Source: Candidatus Methylomirabilia bacterium
GTDB taxonomy: Bacteria > Methylomirabilota > Methylomirabilia > Rokubacteriales > CSP1-6
Direction: 5' to 3'
Assembly: GCA_041496385.1 (NCBI GenBank)
Contig: JBGQEL010000003.1
Span: forward strand, 32,001-96,000
DNA: 64,000 bases
Part shown: positions 17,450 through 26,496 of the stretch, in pieces
Position numbering within the stretch: the first letter of the stretch is position 1
Layout of the letters: the number at the start of each line of letters is the position of its first letter
Translations under genes and position numbers: made by a program
The notes under the pieces: model-generated
Told to the model about the DNA's origin: nothing
Seen by the model: only the letters and a program-made list of their open reading frames with translations
Database searches by the model: none

Positions 17450-19123
17450 ATGGAGACACGCCCGACCGCGCCCCTGTCCCGCCGAAGTCTGCTCAAGCTG
17501 GGAGGCGCCGCCGCGGCCGCAAGCGTCCTCTGCCTCTGGCACGGCGACAGTGGCGCGGACGGGGTGGATCCACCCCCGAAACCCGTGATGCCGAAGCGCG
17601 GGGGCACCTTCCGCGTGCGCATCAACGAGCCGCCCGCTCACTTCGACCCCCATCAGACCGCCGCCTACCCGACGATGGTGCCCCTGTCGTTCGTGTACAG
17701 TCGCCTAGTCAGGGTCCAGGCGGGCTCGACCGTGGTGCCCGGCACCCAGCCCATCGAGGGCGACCTGGCTGAGTCATGGGACCGCCAGGGGGAAATGGCC
17801 TACGTCTTCAAGCTTCGCCAGGGCATACGATGGCACCCCAAACCCCCGGTCAACGGGCGCGAGCTCACCGCCGCCGACGTCAAGTACACATTCGAGCGCT
17901 TGCTGACCCTGAAGGGCAACGGCAGCCAGGCCATCCTCGAGATGGTGGACAAAGTGGAAGCACCGGACAAGTACACGGTGAAGTTCACGCTCAAAGAACC
18001 CAATGTCTGGTTCGCCGAGCGCCTGGCTTCCACCTCATCCTGGATCGTCGCCAGGGAGTGCGTGGAGAAGCACGGCGACCTCAAGAAGTGGGAGTCGGTG
18101 GTCGGCACGGGTCCCTGGATGCCGGAGCGCTACGAGCCGCCCACCAAGATGAGGTTCGTCCGCAACCCGGACTACTTCCAGCGCGGCTTGCCGTACGTGG
18201 AGGTAGTGGAGCTGACGGTCGACGCCGACCCGGCCTCAGCCTCTGCTGCCTTCGTGGCCGGGAAGTACGATTTCGGCCCGGAGTACGGCATGGTGCTTCG
18301 CCGGAGCGACCTCAGCGTTGCGAAGAAGAAGATCGGCTGGTTCCTGCAGACTCGCGATTTGCTCATTGATTTCGGCGGCCTCGCGACCATGAAGCTCGAT
18401 CAGGATCCGTTCAAGGATGTGCGGGTGCGCCGGGCCATCGCCATGGCTGACAACTGGCACGAGATGCTCGACCAGAATGTCTTGTCAAAGGGCAAGGGGG
18501 CGCCCAACCCGCTCGTCCCCGCCGCTCTCAAGGAGTGGTCGGTGCCCATCGGCAAGCTGCCCCCCGAGGGGCGGAAGCTCTACGAGGCCGATCCGGCGGG
18601 CGCGCGGCAGCTGCTCGCCGAGGCCGGGCACCAAGGCGGTGTCGCGATCCCCGTCGAGACCACGGCGGGCTACGGCCCCGACTGGATGGATGCCGTCAAC
18701 ATCGAGGTGAAAAACTGGAAGGCAGCCGGCGTCCAGGCAGACCTCAAGGTCAAGGACTACAGCGCGTTCATGTCCAGTTCACTCCTGGGGAAGTTCGACA
18801 AGATGCTGCTGACCCAGCGCGATGGCGCCACCGACCCCGATTGGTATTTCACGCCGCTGCTGCCCGGCCATCCCCTCAACTGGTCCGGCATCAACGACCC
18901 CAAGCTCACCGAGATGATCAAGCTTCAGCGCCGCACCGACAAGGAGAAGCAGCGCCGGGAGATCGTCTTCGACATCCAGCGCTATTTCTCCCAGCAGGTC
19001 TACTCCACCTTCGGCGCCTCGGTGAGCGCCGTGGCGGCGTGGCAGCCGGAGGTGAGGGACTTCGGGCCGAACATCGGGCCCGACTACGGCGGGCGGCTCA
19101 TGGCCGCCTGGCTGGACAAGTAG
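17450..19123 (+). CDS. Tat-exported class-5 (peptide/nickel-type) ABC solute-binding protein, no cognate permease nearby
   Basis: SRRSLLK Tat signal; GDLAESW, FKLRQGIRWH, VGTGPW, PFKDVRVRRAI; SD gaggag. Confidence 0.88.
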   Translation: METRPTAPLSRRSLLKLGGAAAAASVLCLWHGDSGADGVDPPPKPVMPKRGGTFRVRINEPPAHFDPHQTAAYPTMVPLSFVYSRLVRVQAGSTVVPGTQPIEGDLAESWDRQGEMAYVFKLRQGIRWHPKPPVNGRELTAADVKYTFERLLTLKGNGSQAILEMVDKVEAPDKYTVKFTLKEPNVWFAERLASTSSWIVARECVEKHGDLKKWESVVGTGPWMPERYEPPTKMRFVRNPDYFQRGLPYVEVVELTVDADPASASAAFVAGKYDFGPEYGMVLRRSDLSVAKKKIGWFLQTRDLLIDFGGLATMKLDQDPFKDVRVRRAIAMADNWHEMLDQNVLSKGKGAPNPLVPAALKEWSVPIGKLPPEGRKLYEADPAGARQLLAEAGHQGGVAIPVETTAGYGPDWMDAVNIEVKNWKAAGVQADLKVKDYSAFMSSSLLGKFDKMLLTQRDGATDPDWYFTPLLPGHPLNWSGINDPKLTEMIKLQRRTDKEKQRREIVFDIQRYFSQQVYSTFGASVSAVAAWQPEVRDFGPNIGPDYGGRLMAAWLDK

Positions 19124-19125
19124 AA

Positions 19126-20250
19126 ACGCGTACGCCGGCGCTCCTGCTCGTCCTCCTCCTGGTCCCCCTCACCGGGACCACTGCCTGGGCCCACGATGAG
19201 CGGTTCTCTGCCTCGAACGTGGAGGTAAGGCAGAAAGAGGTTCTCTGGAGGGTGGACGTGCCGATCGGGGGTCTCACGAAGGTCGTGAAGCTCCCCGACG
19301 ATTTGGCCAAGCTCACCGAAGCCCAGCTCCAGGAGGCGAGTGGCGACATCGTCGCCTACCTGCTCGAGACTCTGAGGGTCGAGATCAACGGCAACTCCGT
19401 GGAAGCCGAGCCCGGAGCGCTGCAGGCGGTCTACGACACCGCCGTGGGGTCCGGAGAGAAATACATCGGCTACGCACGACAGGAGTTGCGGTTCCGTTCG
19501 GCCGCCGAGGTGAAGCAGGTCAAGCTCTCGGCGGCGCTCTTCTTGACCCTCACCAAGAACCACCACACGGCGCTCACCGTGTCGTGGAACGGGGTCCAGA
19601 AACCCTTCTCCCGGTTCGGCCCGTTCGAGCTCGAGCTGACCCCTTCGCGCCTCAACCCGACGTTCTGGAGCACCGCCGGGGAGTTCCTCGTCTGGGGGAT
19701 GTACCACATTTTCATCGGGTACGATCACATCGCGTTCCTTCTGGCGCTGCTCCTGGTGGCGCGCAAGCTGCGCGAGATGCTGAAAGTGGTGACGTCGTTC
19801 ACCGTGGCCCACAGTCTCACGCTGCTGCTGTCGGCGCTGGACGTGATCCGCCTTCCCACGCAGGTGACGGAGTCGCTGATCGCGGCGTCGATCGTCTACG
19901 TGGCCGCGGAGAACTACTTCATCAAGGCGGGCCGTTATCGGTGGGTCCTCACGTTCGGGTTCGGTCTGGTTCACGGGCTGGGCTTCGCCAGCGTGCTGCG
20001 CGAGCGGCTGCAGGACATGCAGAGCATCATCGTGCCTGTCGTGTCGTTCAACCTCGGCGTGGAGCTGGGCCAGATCACGATCCTGCTCGTCGCGCTCCCC
20101 GTGCTGGTCTGGATCCGCAAGGCGCCCGACGAGGCGGCGGTCGAGCGGCGTCAGCGTATGCTGGTCCGGGTGGGCTCGATGCCTATCTTACTATTGGGCT
20201 TGTTTTGGCTCATCGACCGCGTCTTCCGGCTCAATCTCATGCCCTTCTAA
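19126..20250 (+). CDS. HupE/UreJ family protein with N-terminal periplasmic domain (start codon uncertain, probably ACG)
   Basis: Signal peptide ending AWA-H; GMYHIFIGYDHIAF, VTSFTVAHSLTL, FGLVHGLGFA, SFNLGVELGQ. Confidence 0.85.
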   Translation, partial: TRTPALLLVLLLVPLTGTTAWAHDERFSASNVEVRQKEVLWRVDVPIGGLTKVVKLPDDLAKLTEAQLQEASGDIVAYLLETLRVEINGNSVEAEPGALQAVYDTAVGSGEKYIGYARQELRFRSAAEVKQVKLSAALFLTLTKNHHTALTVSWNGVQKPFSRFGPFELELTPSRLNPTFWSTAGEFLVWGMYHIFIGYDHIAFLLALLLVARKLREMLKVVTSFTVAHSLTLLLSALDVIRLPTQVTESLIAASIVYVAAENYFIKAGRYRWVLTFGFGLVHGLGFASVLRERLQDMQSIIVPVVSFNLGVELGQITILLVALPVLVWIRKAPDEAAVERRQRMLVRVGSMPILLLGLFWLIDRVFRLNLMPF

Positions 20251-20523
20251 GGGCCGCTCCCGAAGCCATACGGCGCGAAGGGAGTCACGCGAAGCAATTA
20301 GATGGCCCGTGACGCCGACTCTCTTTCGGCAGATTCTCGGGCGCATCGAGCGACTCGCGTGGTCCCCGGCCTGAGCAGGGTCTCACACAGGGAGCGTGCA
20401 GAATTATGTACGTCGGCAGCCACAGGCGAGGGCGGCGGTGCCTCGCTCGCGCACGCCCGGTGAGCGCCACCTCCCGGCCGTCCGCTGGCGAAACGGGCTC
20501 ATAGCAAGGAGGGCGCCCAGACC

Positions 20524-23430
20524 ATGTCTCGCGCGAAGCGCCGCCGCCAGAGGACGACCGCCGTCGCGCGGACGCCGGTAGGGGACAACCGGTGGCGGAG
20601 GCTTCTCCTCCTTCTGTTCGCGCTGTCCGGCGTGAGCGGCCTGATCTACCAGGTCATCTGGGCCCGCCAGCTCACCCTCGTCTTCGGCTCGACCAGCGCG
20701 GCGATCACCAGCGTGCTCGCCGCGTTCATGCTCGGCCTCGCCCTCGGCAGCCACGCTGCCGGGCGCTGGGCTCGTCGGTGGGGCAACCCGCTGCGTGCGT
20801 ACGGTCTCATCGAGCTCGGGATCGCCGCCTATGCGGCAGCGTTCCCGTTGTTCCTCGAGGTCCTCGCCCTTGTTCACATCCCTCTCTTTCGGCTTTTCGC
20901 GGAGGCCCCGATCGCGCTGGGCCTGGTCCGTGTCATCCTCGTCGCCGGACTCCTGCTCGCGCCCACCATGTTGATGGGCGCCTCGCTCCCGCTGTTGACC
21001 CGCGCCCTGGTGCGCGATGTCTCCCGCTTGGGGCGAGAGGCCGGCACGCTGTACGGGTTCAACGCGCTCGGCGCAGCAGCCGGCGTCTATCTCGCGACGT
21101 TCTTCCTCATTCCGAACGTGGGGCTCACTGGAGGATGGCTCTCGGCCGCGGCGCTCAACGCAGCGGTTGGCGGCGCGGCCCTGTGGGGGGCTCGGCGGTG
21201 GCAGCCCATCCCCGACGTCCCCGACAACGCCGATGCTTCACTCGACACGCCCTGGCAATGGACAGTGATCATCGCCTACGGGTGCTCGGGGCTCGCCGCG
21301 CTGGGGTACGAGGTCGTCTGGACCCGACTTCTTGTCCTTCTCTTCGGCAGCTCGGTGTACGCCTTTGCGGTGATGCTCGCGGGGTTCCTCCTGGGTCTGG
21401 GGCTCGGCGGCCTGGTAGGGGGCTGGCTCGCCGGGCGAGGACGACACCCCGTCGTCCTCGCTGCCGCGCTGCAGGTGATTATCGGCGCCACCGTTCTCGC
21501 GGGCGCGCCCTGGTTCGACCGGCTCCCCAGGCTCTTCCTCGAAGCCTTCCGGGTGACGGGAGGCACCTGGTGGGCGCTGACGACCCTCGAGTTCCTGATG
21601 GCCCTCGGACTGATGATCATTCCTACGACCGCCATGGGCGCGACGTTCCCCTTCGTAGCGCGAATTCTCGGGGCGGAGCACGGGGCGGCGCGCGCGGTTG
21701 GCGACGCCTACGCGGCCAACACGTACGGCGCCATCGTTGGAGCGGCGGCGACCGGCTTCGCGTTGATTCCATGGCTCGGCTTCCGCGGCAGCCTCGTAGC
21801 GCTCGCCTGCCTCAACACGCTGGCCGCATGCCTGCTGCTCGTGAGAGCGACGTCACCGGGCGGCTGGCTGCGCTGGGTGCTCCCGCTGCCCGCAGTGGCT
21901 CTCGCGGCGGTCGTCTCGGCGCTGCCGCCGTGGAGCGCGAAGACGATGGCCAGCGGCGTGTACGTCTACGCCGACCGGTACAGCGCCGGGGGGTTCGAGC
22001 GGCTGCTGGACCCGCAGCGTGTTCTCTTCTACCGGGAGGGCATGACCGCTACCGTCGCTGTGATGGAGGGCCGGTATCGCTTCCTCCGCGTCAACGGCAA
22101 GACCGACGCAGGTGACTCGCCTGATAACCTCACGCAGCACCTGCTCGCCCACGTTCCGCTACTCCTCCATCCCGAGCCGCGATCCGTCCTCGTCGTCGGA
22201 CTGGGGACTGGCATTACGCTCGGAACGACTCTCTTGTATCCGATCGACCGGGCCGATACGGTGGAGATCTCCCCCGAGGTGGTGGAGGCGTCACGCTTCT
22301 TCGTAGAGGCCAACGGCGCGGCGCTGCAGGACCGGCGAACGCGCCTTCACCTCCTCGACGCGCGCACGTGGCTCATGGCCGGCACCACGAAGTACGACGT
22401 GATCATCTCGGAGCCGTCCAACCCCTGGCAGACCGGCAACGCCACACTGTTCACGCTCGAGCACTACCGCCTGACCCGGGCGAGGCTGGCGCCCGGAGGC
22501 GTCTTCTGCCAATGGCTACCGTTCTATCGGATGGACGAGGCCGACTTCGCGGCGGCAATGCGGACATTCCAGACGGTGTTTCCCGACCTGACCGTGTGGT
22601 TCTCCGGTGGCGATGTCCTCCTGGTCGGCTGGACCCGCCCGCCCGCCGTGGACACTCCGAGGTTCCTGGCGCGATCGGCGGATGCCCGGATCACGCGGAG
22701 CCTTCAGGAGACCGGCATACGCGACGGTCCGGCGCTCCTCGGGTTCTTCATGCTGGATCCCGAACGGGTCCGGGAGTTCGCCGGCGTGGGATGGCCGTTG
22801 CACACGGACAACTATCCGCTGCTGGAGTTCTCGGCTCCGAAAACCCTCTACCGCGAGTCTGCGCCTCAGATTCTGAGCCGGCTCCGCCTTCTCGCGGGCC
22901 GCTCCAGCCTCCCGTTGACGGGCGTCCAGGGGCGCGAGCGTGCGTCGATGCTCGAGGCCATCGCCCGCCAGAAGCTTCTCCTGAAGATGCCCGAAGCGGC
23001 GATCACGGCCCTGGAGGAGGCCGAGCGGACCGGGGGCGGGGACCCCTCCGTCCTCCGTCAACTCCAGGGGTTCGCATGGAATGAAGTCGGGATCGCGCGC
23101 GCGCGCGAGGGGAATCGCCACGACGCGGCGGCGGCGTTCGATCGGGCCCTGCTGCGCGTTCCGGACGATCCGCAGATTCACCGCAACCTCGGGCTCCTCG
23201 CGTTGCAGTTCCGGGAGTTCGACCGCGCCGAGCCGCATCTCCGTGACGCGCTACGATTGCGTCCGGGTTACCGCGACGCCCTCGTACCGCTGGCGGCGCT
23301 CCTCGCGACGCAGGAACGCTGGGTGGAGGCGGAGGCGTTGTGGCGCAACATCCTCGAGATCGATCCGGACAACGGTGACGCGCGACGCGGCTTGGCGGCC
23401 GCGGAGCTCGCGCGGACGGGGCGACGTTGA
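20524..23430 (+). CDS. Fused membrane (MFS-like) / spermidine synthase-like / TPR protein
   Basis: Duplicated SG.SGLIYQVIW.R.L TM blocks; LLAHVPLLLHPEPRSVLVVGLGTGIT, VEISPEV, DVIISEPSNPW, HTDNYPLLEF; C-terminal TPRs. Confidence 0.88.
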   Translation: MSRAKRRRQRTTAVARTPVGDNRWRRLLLLLFALSGVSGLIYQVIWARQLTLVFGSTSAAITSVLAAFMLGLALGSHAAGRWARRWGNPLRAYGLIELGIAAYAAAFPLFLEVLALVHIPLFRLFAEAPIALGLVRVILVAGLLLAPTMLMGASLPLLTRALVRDVSRLGREAGTLYGFNALGAAAGVYLATFFLIPNVGLTGGWLSAAALNAAVGGAALWGARRWQPIPDVPDNADASLDTPWQWTVIIAYGCSGLAALGYEVVWTRLLVLLFGSSVYAFAVMLAGFLLGLGLGGLVGGWLAGRGRHPVVLAAALQVIIGATVLAGAPWFDRLPRLFLEAFRVTGGTWWALTTLEFLMALGLMIIPTTAMGATFPFVARILGAEHGAARAVGDAYAANTYGAIVGAAATGFALIPWLGFRGSLVALACLNTLAACLLLVRATSPGGWLRWVLPLPAVALAAVVSALPPWSAKTMASGVYVYADRYSAGGFERLLDPQRVLFYREGMTATVAVMEGRYRFLRVNGKTDAGDSPDNLTQHLLAHVPLLLHPEPRSVLVVGLGTGITLGTTLLYPIDRADTVEISPEVVEASRFFVEANGAALQDRRTRLHLLDARTWLMAGTTKYDVIISEPSNPWQTGNATLFTLEHYRLTRARLAPGGVFCQWLPFYRMDEADFAAAMRTFQTVFPDLTVWFSGGDVLLVGWTRPPAVDTPRFLARSADARITRSLQETGIRDGPALLGFFMLDPERVREFAGVGWPLHTDNYPLLEFSAPKTLYRESAPQILSRLRLLAGRSSLPLTGVQGRERASMLEAIARQKLLLKMPEAAITALEEAERTGGGDPSVLRQLQGFAWNEVGIARAREGNRHDAAAAFDRALLRVPDDPQIHRNLGLLALQFREFDRAEPHLRDALRLRPGYRDALVPLAALLATQERWVEAEALWRNILEIDPDNGDARRGLAAAELARTGRR

Positions 23431-23487
23431 CAGAGGGAAGCCCGCCCGAGCATGCCCTAGCTCAAGTCGATCGCAAATGTCAGGGCG

Positions 23488-23693
23488 CTGCGCCACGATG
23501 ATCTGGGCTTCCGCGTCCACCGTAGTCTGCGTGTTGTAGCCCTGGATGAAGCTGTCCGACGTCTTCTGGATCTTCGACTCCGGATCCGTGAAGTTGCGCT
23601 GAGCCTTGTCCGGAGGCTGCGCGTCGTCGGGATCCTTTCCCGCGGCCGTCGCCTCGGCGCGCGCCTCCGCCCCCAGCGCGGCCCGGACCTCGT
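23488..23693 (-). mobile_element. IS1182-family transposase internal fragment (relic)
   Basis: Minus strand reads EVRAALGAEARAEATAAGKDPDDAQPPDKAQRNFTDPESKIQKTSDSFIQGYNTQTTVDAEAQIIVAQ, matching the NxTDPxS / QGYN.Q..VD motif; no start codon or rest of the gene. Confidence 0.85.
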
Positions 23694-23982
23694 ATACCGA
23701 AGAGCGGGGCTATCCGCCCTACCGCCCGAGGGTCACGGCGCACCGAAGGTTTCAAACCGAAGGGGCCTCTTCCGCCTCAAGGCGCTGTGACACGACTGAC
23801 CGAGAACTGGCCGATAGCGAGGGCGGCGAGGGGCCTGGAAACAACCTCCTTCGTTACCCCAACGGCTCTGAGCGCCCATGATGATGGGCGGCGATCTCGG
23901 TCGCCGTGACTTCCCACTGGCGCGGGTGCGAGCAATGCCGATAAGCTGGGGCGTGCAATCGAGTTTGCCGCGGGAGGTCGTG

Positions 23983-25242
23983 ATGCCGCTCTTTGGGCAG
24001 TGCTTCCTGAGTGATGTGCTGAAGAAGCCCGTCCTGGATCCACGAGGCGACGTCGCGGGGCGCCTCAAGGACGTCCTCGTCGTGAAGGGCGAACCCTTGG
24101 CCAAGGTGGCGGCGATCCTCGTCACGAGGAACCGCCGAAGCTTTCTCGTCCCCTGGCGCGACGTCGAGATGTTCAACCGCCGCATTCTCTCGATTCGCTG
24201 CGAGGCTGAATCCATCCAGTCCTACCAGCTGGCGGACGAGGACTTACTCGCCGTGCGGGACATCCTTGACAAGCAGATCGTCGATGCGAATGGAGCGAAG
24301 GTTGTACGGGTCAACGACATCCGCCTCGAGGGCTACAACGGAGAGGCTGTATTGACGGCGGCCGACGTCGGAGTGCGCGGCTTGCTTCGACGGTTAGGGG
24401 TCGAACGCCAGAGTGAACGGTTCTTCGGTCTTCTGAAGGTGCAGCTGCCCCTCACACTCATCAGTTGGCAGTACATCCAGGCGTTGAGCCCGAAGCTCAA
24501 GACCCTGGCGCTCACCGTTCCGCGGCAGATGGTGGCGGCTCTTCATCCCGCTGACCTGGCGGAGATCCTGAGTCAGGTCTCACGCGACGAGGGACGCTCT
24601 CTGCTGACGGAGCTCGACGTCAAAACCGCGGCAGGGGCGCTCTCCGAGCTCGAGTCCGAGGAGCAGGTTCAGCTGATTGCCGAGATCGATGCCCAGAAGG
24701 CAGCGGACATCATCGAGGAGATGCCTCCGGACGAAGCCTCCGACGTCCTGGGCGACCTCCCCGCAGACAAGGCCAAGGAGATTCTCGATCGGATCGAAGT
24801 CAAGGAGTCGGAGGACATCCAGGAATTGCTCGGCTACGAGGAGGACAGCGCGGGCGGACTCATGACCACCGAGTTCATCGCCTACCCGTCGACCCTGACG
24901 GCCGGAGAGGCGATTCAGCGGTTCAAGGAACGCGCTGGTCGCGACGAGCCCATGTATCAGGTCTACGCGATCGGAGCCGACGACAAGTTCGTCGGTGTCG
25001 TGGCCCTTCGGAGCCTTCTCATCGCAGAAAGCACGGAGCCCCTCCACACGCTCGTCGAAGCGCGGCAGCGGACGGTGCCGCCGGATATCGATGGACGGCA
25101 CATCGCCACGCTCATGTCGAAGTACAACCTCATCGCGCTGCCCGTCGTCGGTGCCGACGGCCGCCTCCTCGGCGTCGTGACCATCGACGACGTCATCGAT
25201 CGCCTCCTTCCGGCGGCGGTCCGGAAGAAGCGGAAGGCCTAG
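23983..25242 (+). CDS. Soluble MgtE-N/CBS domain protein with N-terminal PRC-barrel-like region (no TM domain)
   Basis: LDKQIVDANGAKVVRVND, LHPADLAEIL, LLGYEEDSAGGLMTTEF, KYNLIALPVV...GVVTIDDV; SD ggagg. Confidence 0.85.
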   Translation: MPLFGQCFLSDVLKKPVLDPRGDVAGRLKDVLVVKGEPLAKVAAILVTRNRRSFLVPWRDVEMFNRRILSIRCEAESIQSYQLADEDLLAVRDILDKQIVDANGAKVVRVNDIRLEGYNGEAVLTAADVGVRGLLRRLGVERQSERFFGLLKVQLPLTLISWQYIQALSPKLKTLALTVPRQMVAALHPADLAEILSQVSRDEGRSLLTELDVKTAAGALSELESEEQVQLIAEIDAQKAADIIEEMPPDEASDVLGDLPADKAKEILDRIEVKESEDIQELLGYEEDSAGGLMTTEFIAYPSTLTAGEAIQRFKERAGRDEPMYQVYAIGADDKFVGVVALRSLLIAESTEPLHTLVEARQRTVPPDIDGRHIATLMSKYNLIALPVVGADGRLLGVVTIDDVIDRLLPAAVRKKRKA

Positions 25243-26481
25243 ATGCTTCGTAGCCCACGCCGCCTCTGGTCCCGCCTCGTCTTGCTCGGATCAATCATCG
25301 GTCCCGGGATCATCACGGCGAACATCGACAACGATGCCGGCGGAATTGCGACCTATTCCATTGCTGGGGCCCACTTTGGGTACGCGCTGCTCTGGACAAT
25401 GGTCCCAGCGACGGTAGTGCTCATCGTGGTACAGGAAATGGCGTCGCGGATGGGCGTCGTCACCGGGAAGGGCCTGGCTGCCCTGATCCGCGAACGCTTC
25501 GGCGTTCTTGTCACGTTCTGGCTCATGGTTGCGTTGCTTGTGACGGATCTCGGCAATACGACGGCGGAGTTCGCGGGCTGGGCGGCCAGCATGGAGCTCT
25601 TTGGGGTCTCGAAATACATCTCGGTTCCGTTGGGCGCGCTCTTCATCTGGCTCCTGGTCGTCAAGGGAACCTATCGCGTGTTCGAACGGATCTTCCTCGG
25701 GATTTGTCTTGTGTACCTCACGTATGTCGTCGCCGCCGTGATGGCGAAGCCGGACTGGGTGGACGTCGCGAAGCACACGCTTCGGCCCACGCTCCGGTTC
25801 GATGCGGCGTATCTCTCCATGACGATCGGCCTCGTAGGCACGACCATCGCCCCCTGGATGCAGTTCTACCTGCAATCGGCGATTGTGGAGAAGGGGGTAC
25901 GGCCGGATCAGTACTGGGGCGTACGCGTCGACGTCATTGTGGGCTCGTTCATGACCGACATCGTCGCCCTGTTCATCATGGTGGCATGTGGGGCTACGCT
26001 GTTTCACGCTGGTATCCACGTGGACAGCGCGGAGCAGGCGGCGCAGGCGTTGACGCCCCTGGCCGGACGATACGCCTCTCTGCTCTTCGCCGCGGGGCTG
26101 GCCAACGCCTCCCTGTTTTCGGCATGCATCCTGCCGCTGGCTACCGCCTACTACATCTGTGAAGCCATGGGCTGGGAGGCCGGGGTGGACAAAACCTTGC
26201 GCGAGGCGCCGCAGTTCATAGGTCTCTACACGGGGTTCATCGTCGTCGGCGCAATGATCGTGATGATCCCCCGTGTGCCGCTGATCCCCATCATGTGGAT
26301 TACGCAAGTCATCAACGGCATCATGCTCCCGTTCGTGCTGCTACTCATGCTGAAGCTCGTCAATGACGAAACCCTCATGAAGGGGTGGACGAACTCCCGG
26401 TTCCAAAACACCGTGGCATGGGTGACCACGTGGGTGATGATCGCTTTAACGGTGGGGCTCCTCGTGTCCTCAGTTGCGTGA
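25243..26481 (+). CDS. NRAMP-family divalent cation transporter (Mg2+-type NRMT-like)
   Basis: GPGIITANIDNDAGGIATYS, QEMASRMG, GTTIAPWMQFY; multiple TM helices. Confidence 0.88.
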   Translation: MLRSPRRLWSRLVLLGSIIGPGIITANIDNDAGGIATYSIAGAHFGYALLWTMVPATVVLIVVQEMASRMGVVTGKGLAALIRERFGVLVTFWLMVALLVTDLGNTTAEFAGWAASMELFGVSKYISVPLGALFIWLLVVKGTYRVFERIFLGICLVYLTYVVAAVMAKPDWVDVAKHTLRPTLRFDAAYLSMTIGLVGTTIAPWMQFYLQSAIVEKGVRPDQYWGVRVDVIVGSFMTDIVALFIMVACGATLFHAGIHVDSAEQAAQALTPLAGRYASLLFAAGLANASLFSACILPLATAYYICEAMGWEAGVDKTLREAPQFIGLYTGFIVVGAMIVMIPRVPLIPIMWITQVINGIMLPFVLLLMLKLVNDETLMKGWTNSRFQNTVAWVTTWVMIALTVGLLVSSVA

Positions 26482-26496
26482 GCCGTGGGCCTCGCG

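Noticed and set aside
18535..19125. N-terminal extension of the 571-aa ORF, or an SBP-HupE fusion
   Set aside because: Overlaps the SBP in another frame; the SBP ends normally (AWLDK-stop) and HupE begins with its own signal peptide
23700..23980. M-box (ykoK) or yybP-ykoY riboswitch upstream of the Mg cassette
   Set aside because: Several hairpins, but none of the conserved core motifs I know for those families; a cmscan would be needed
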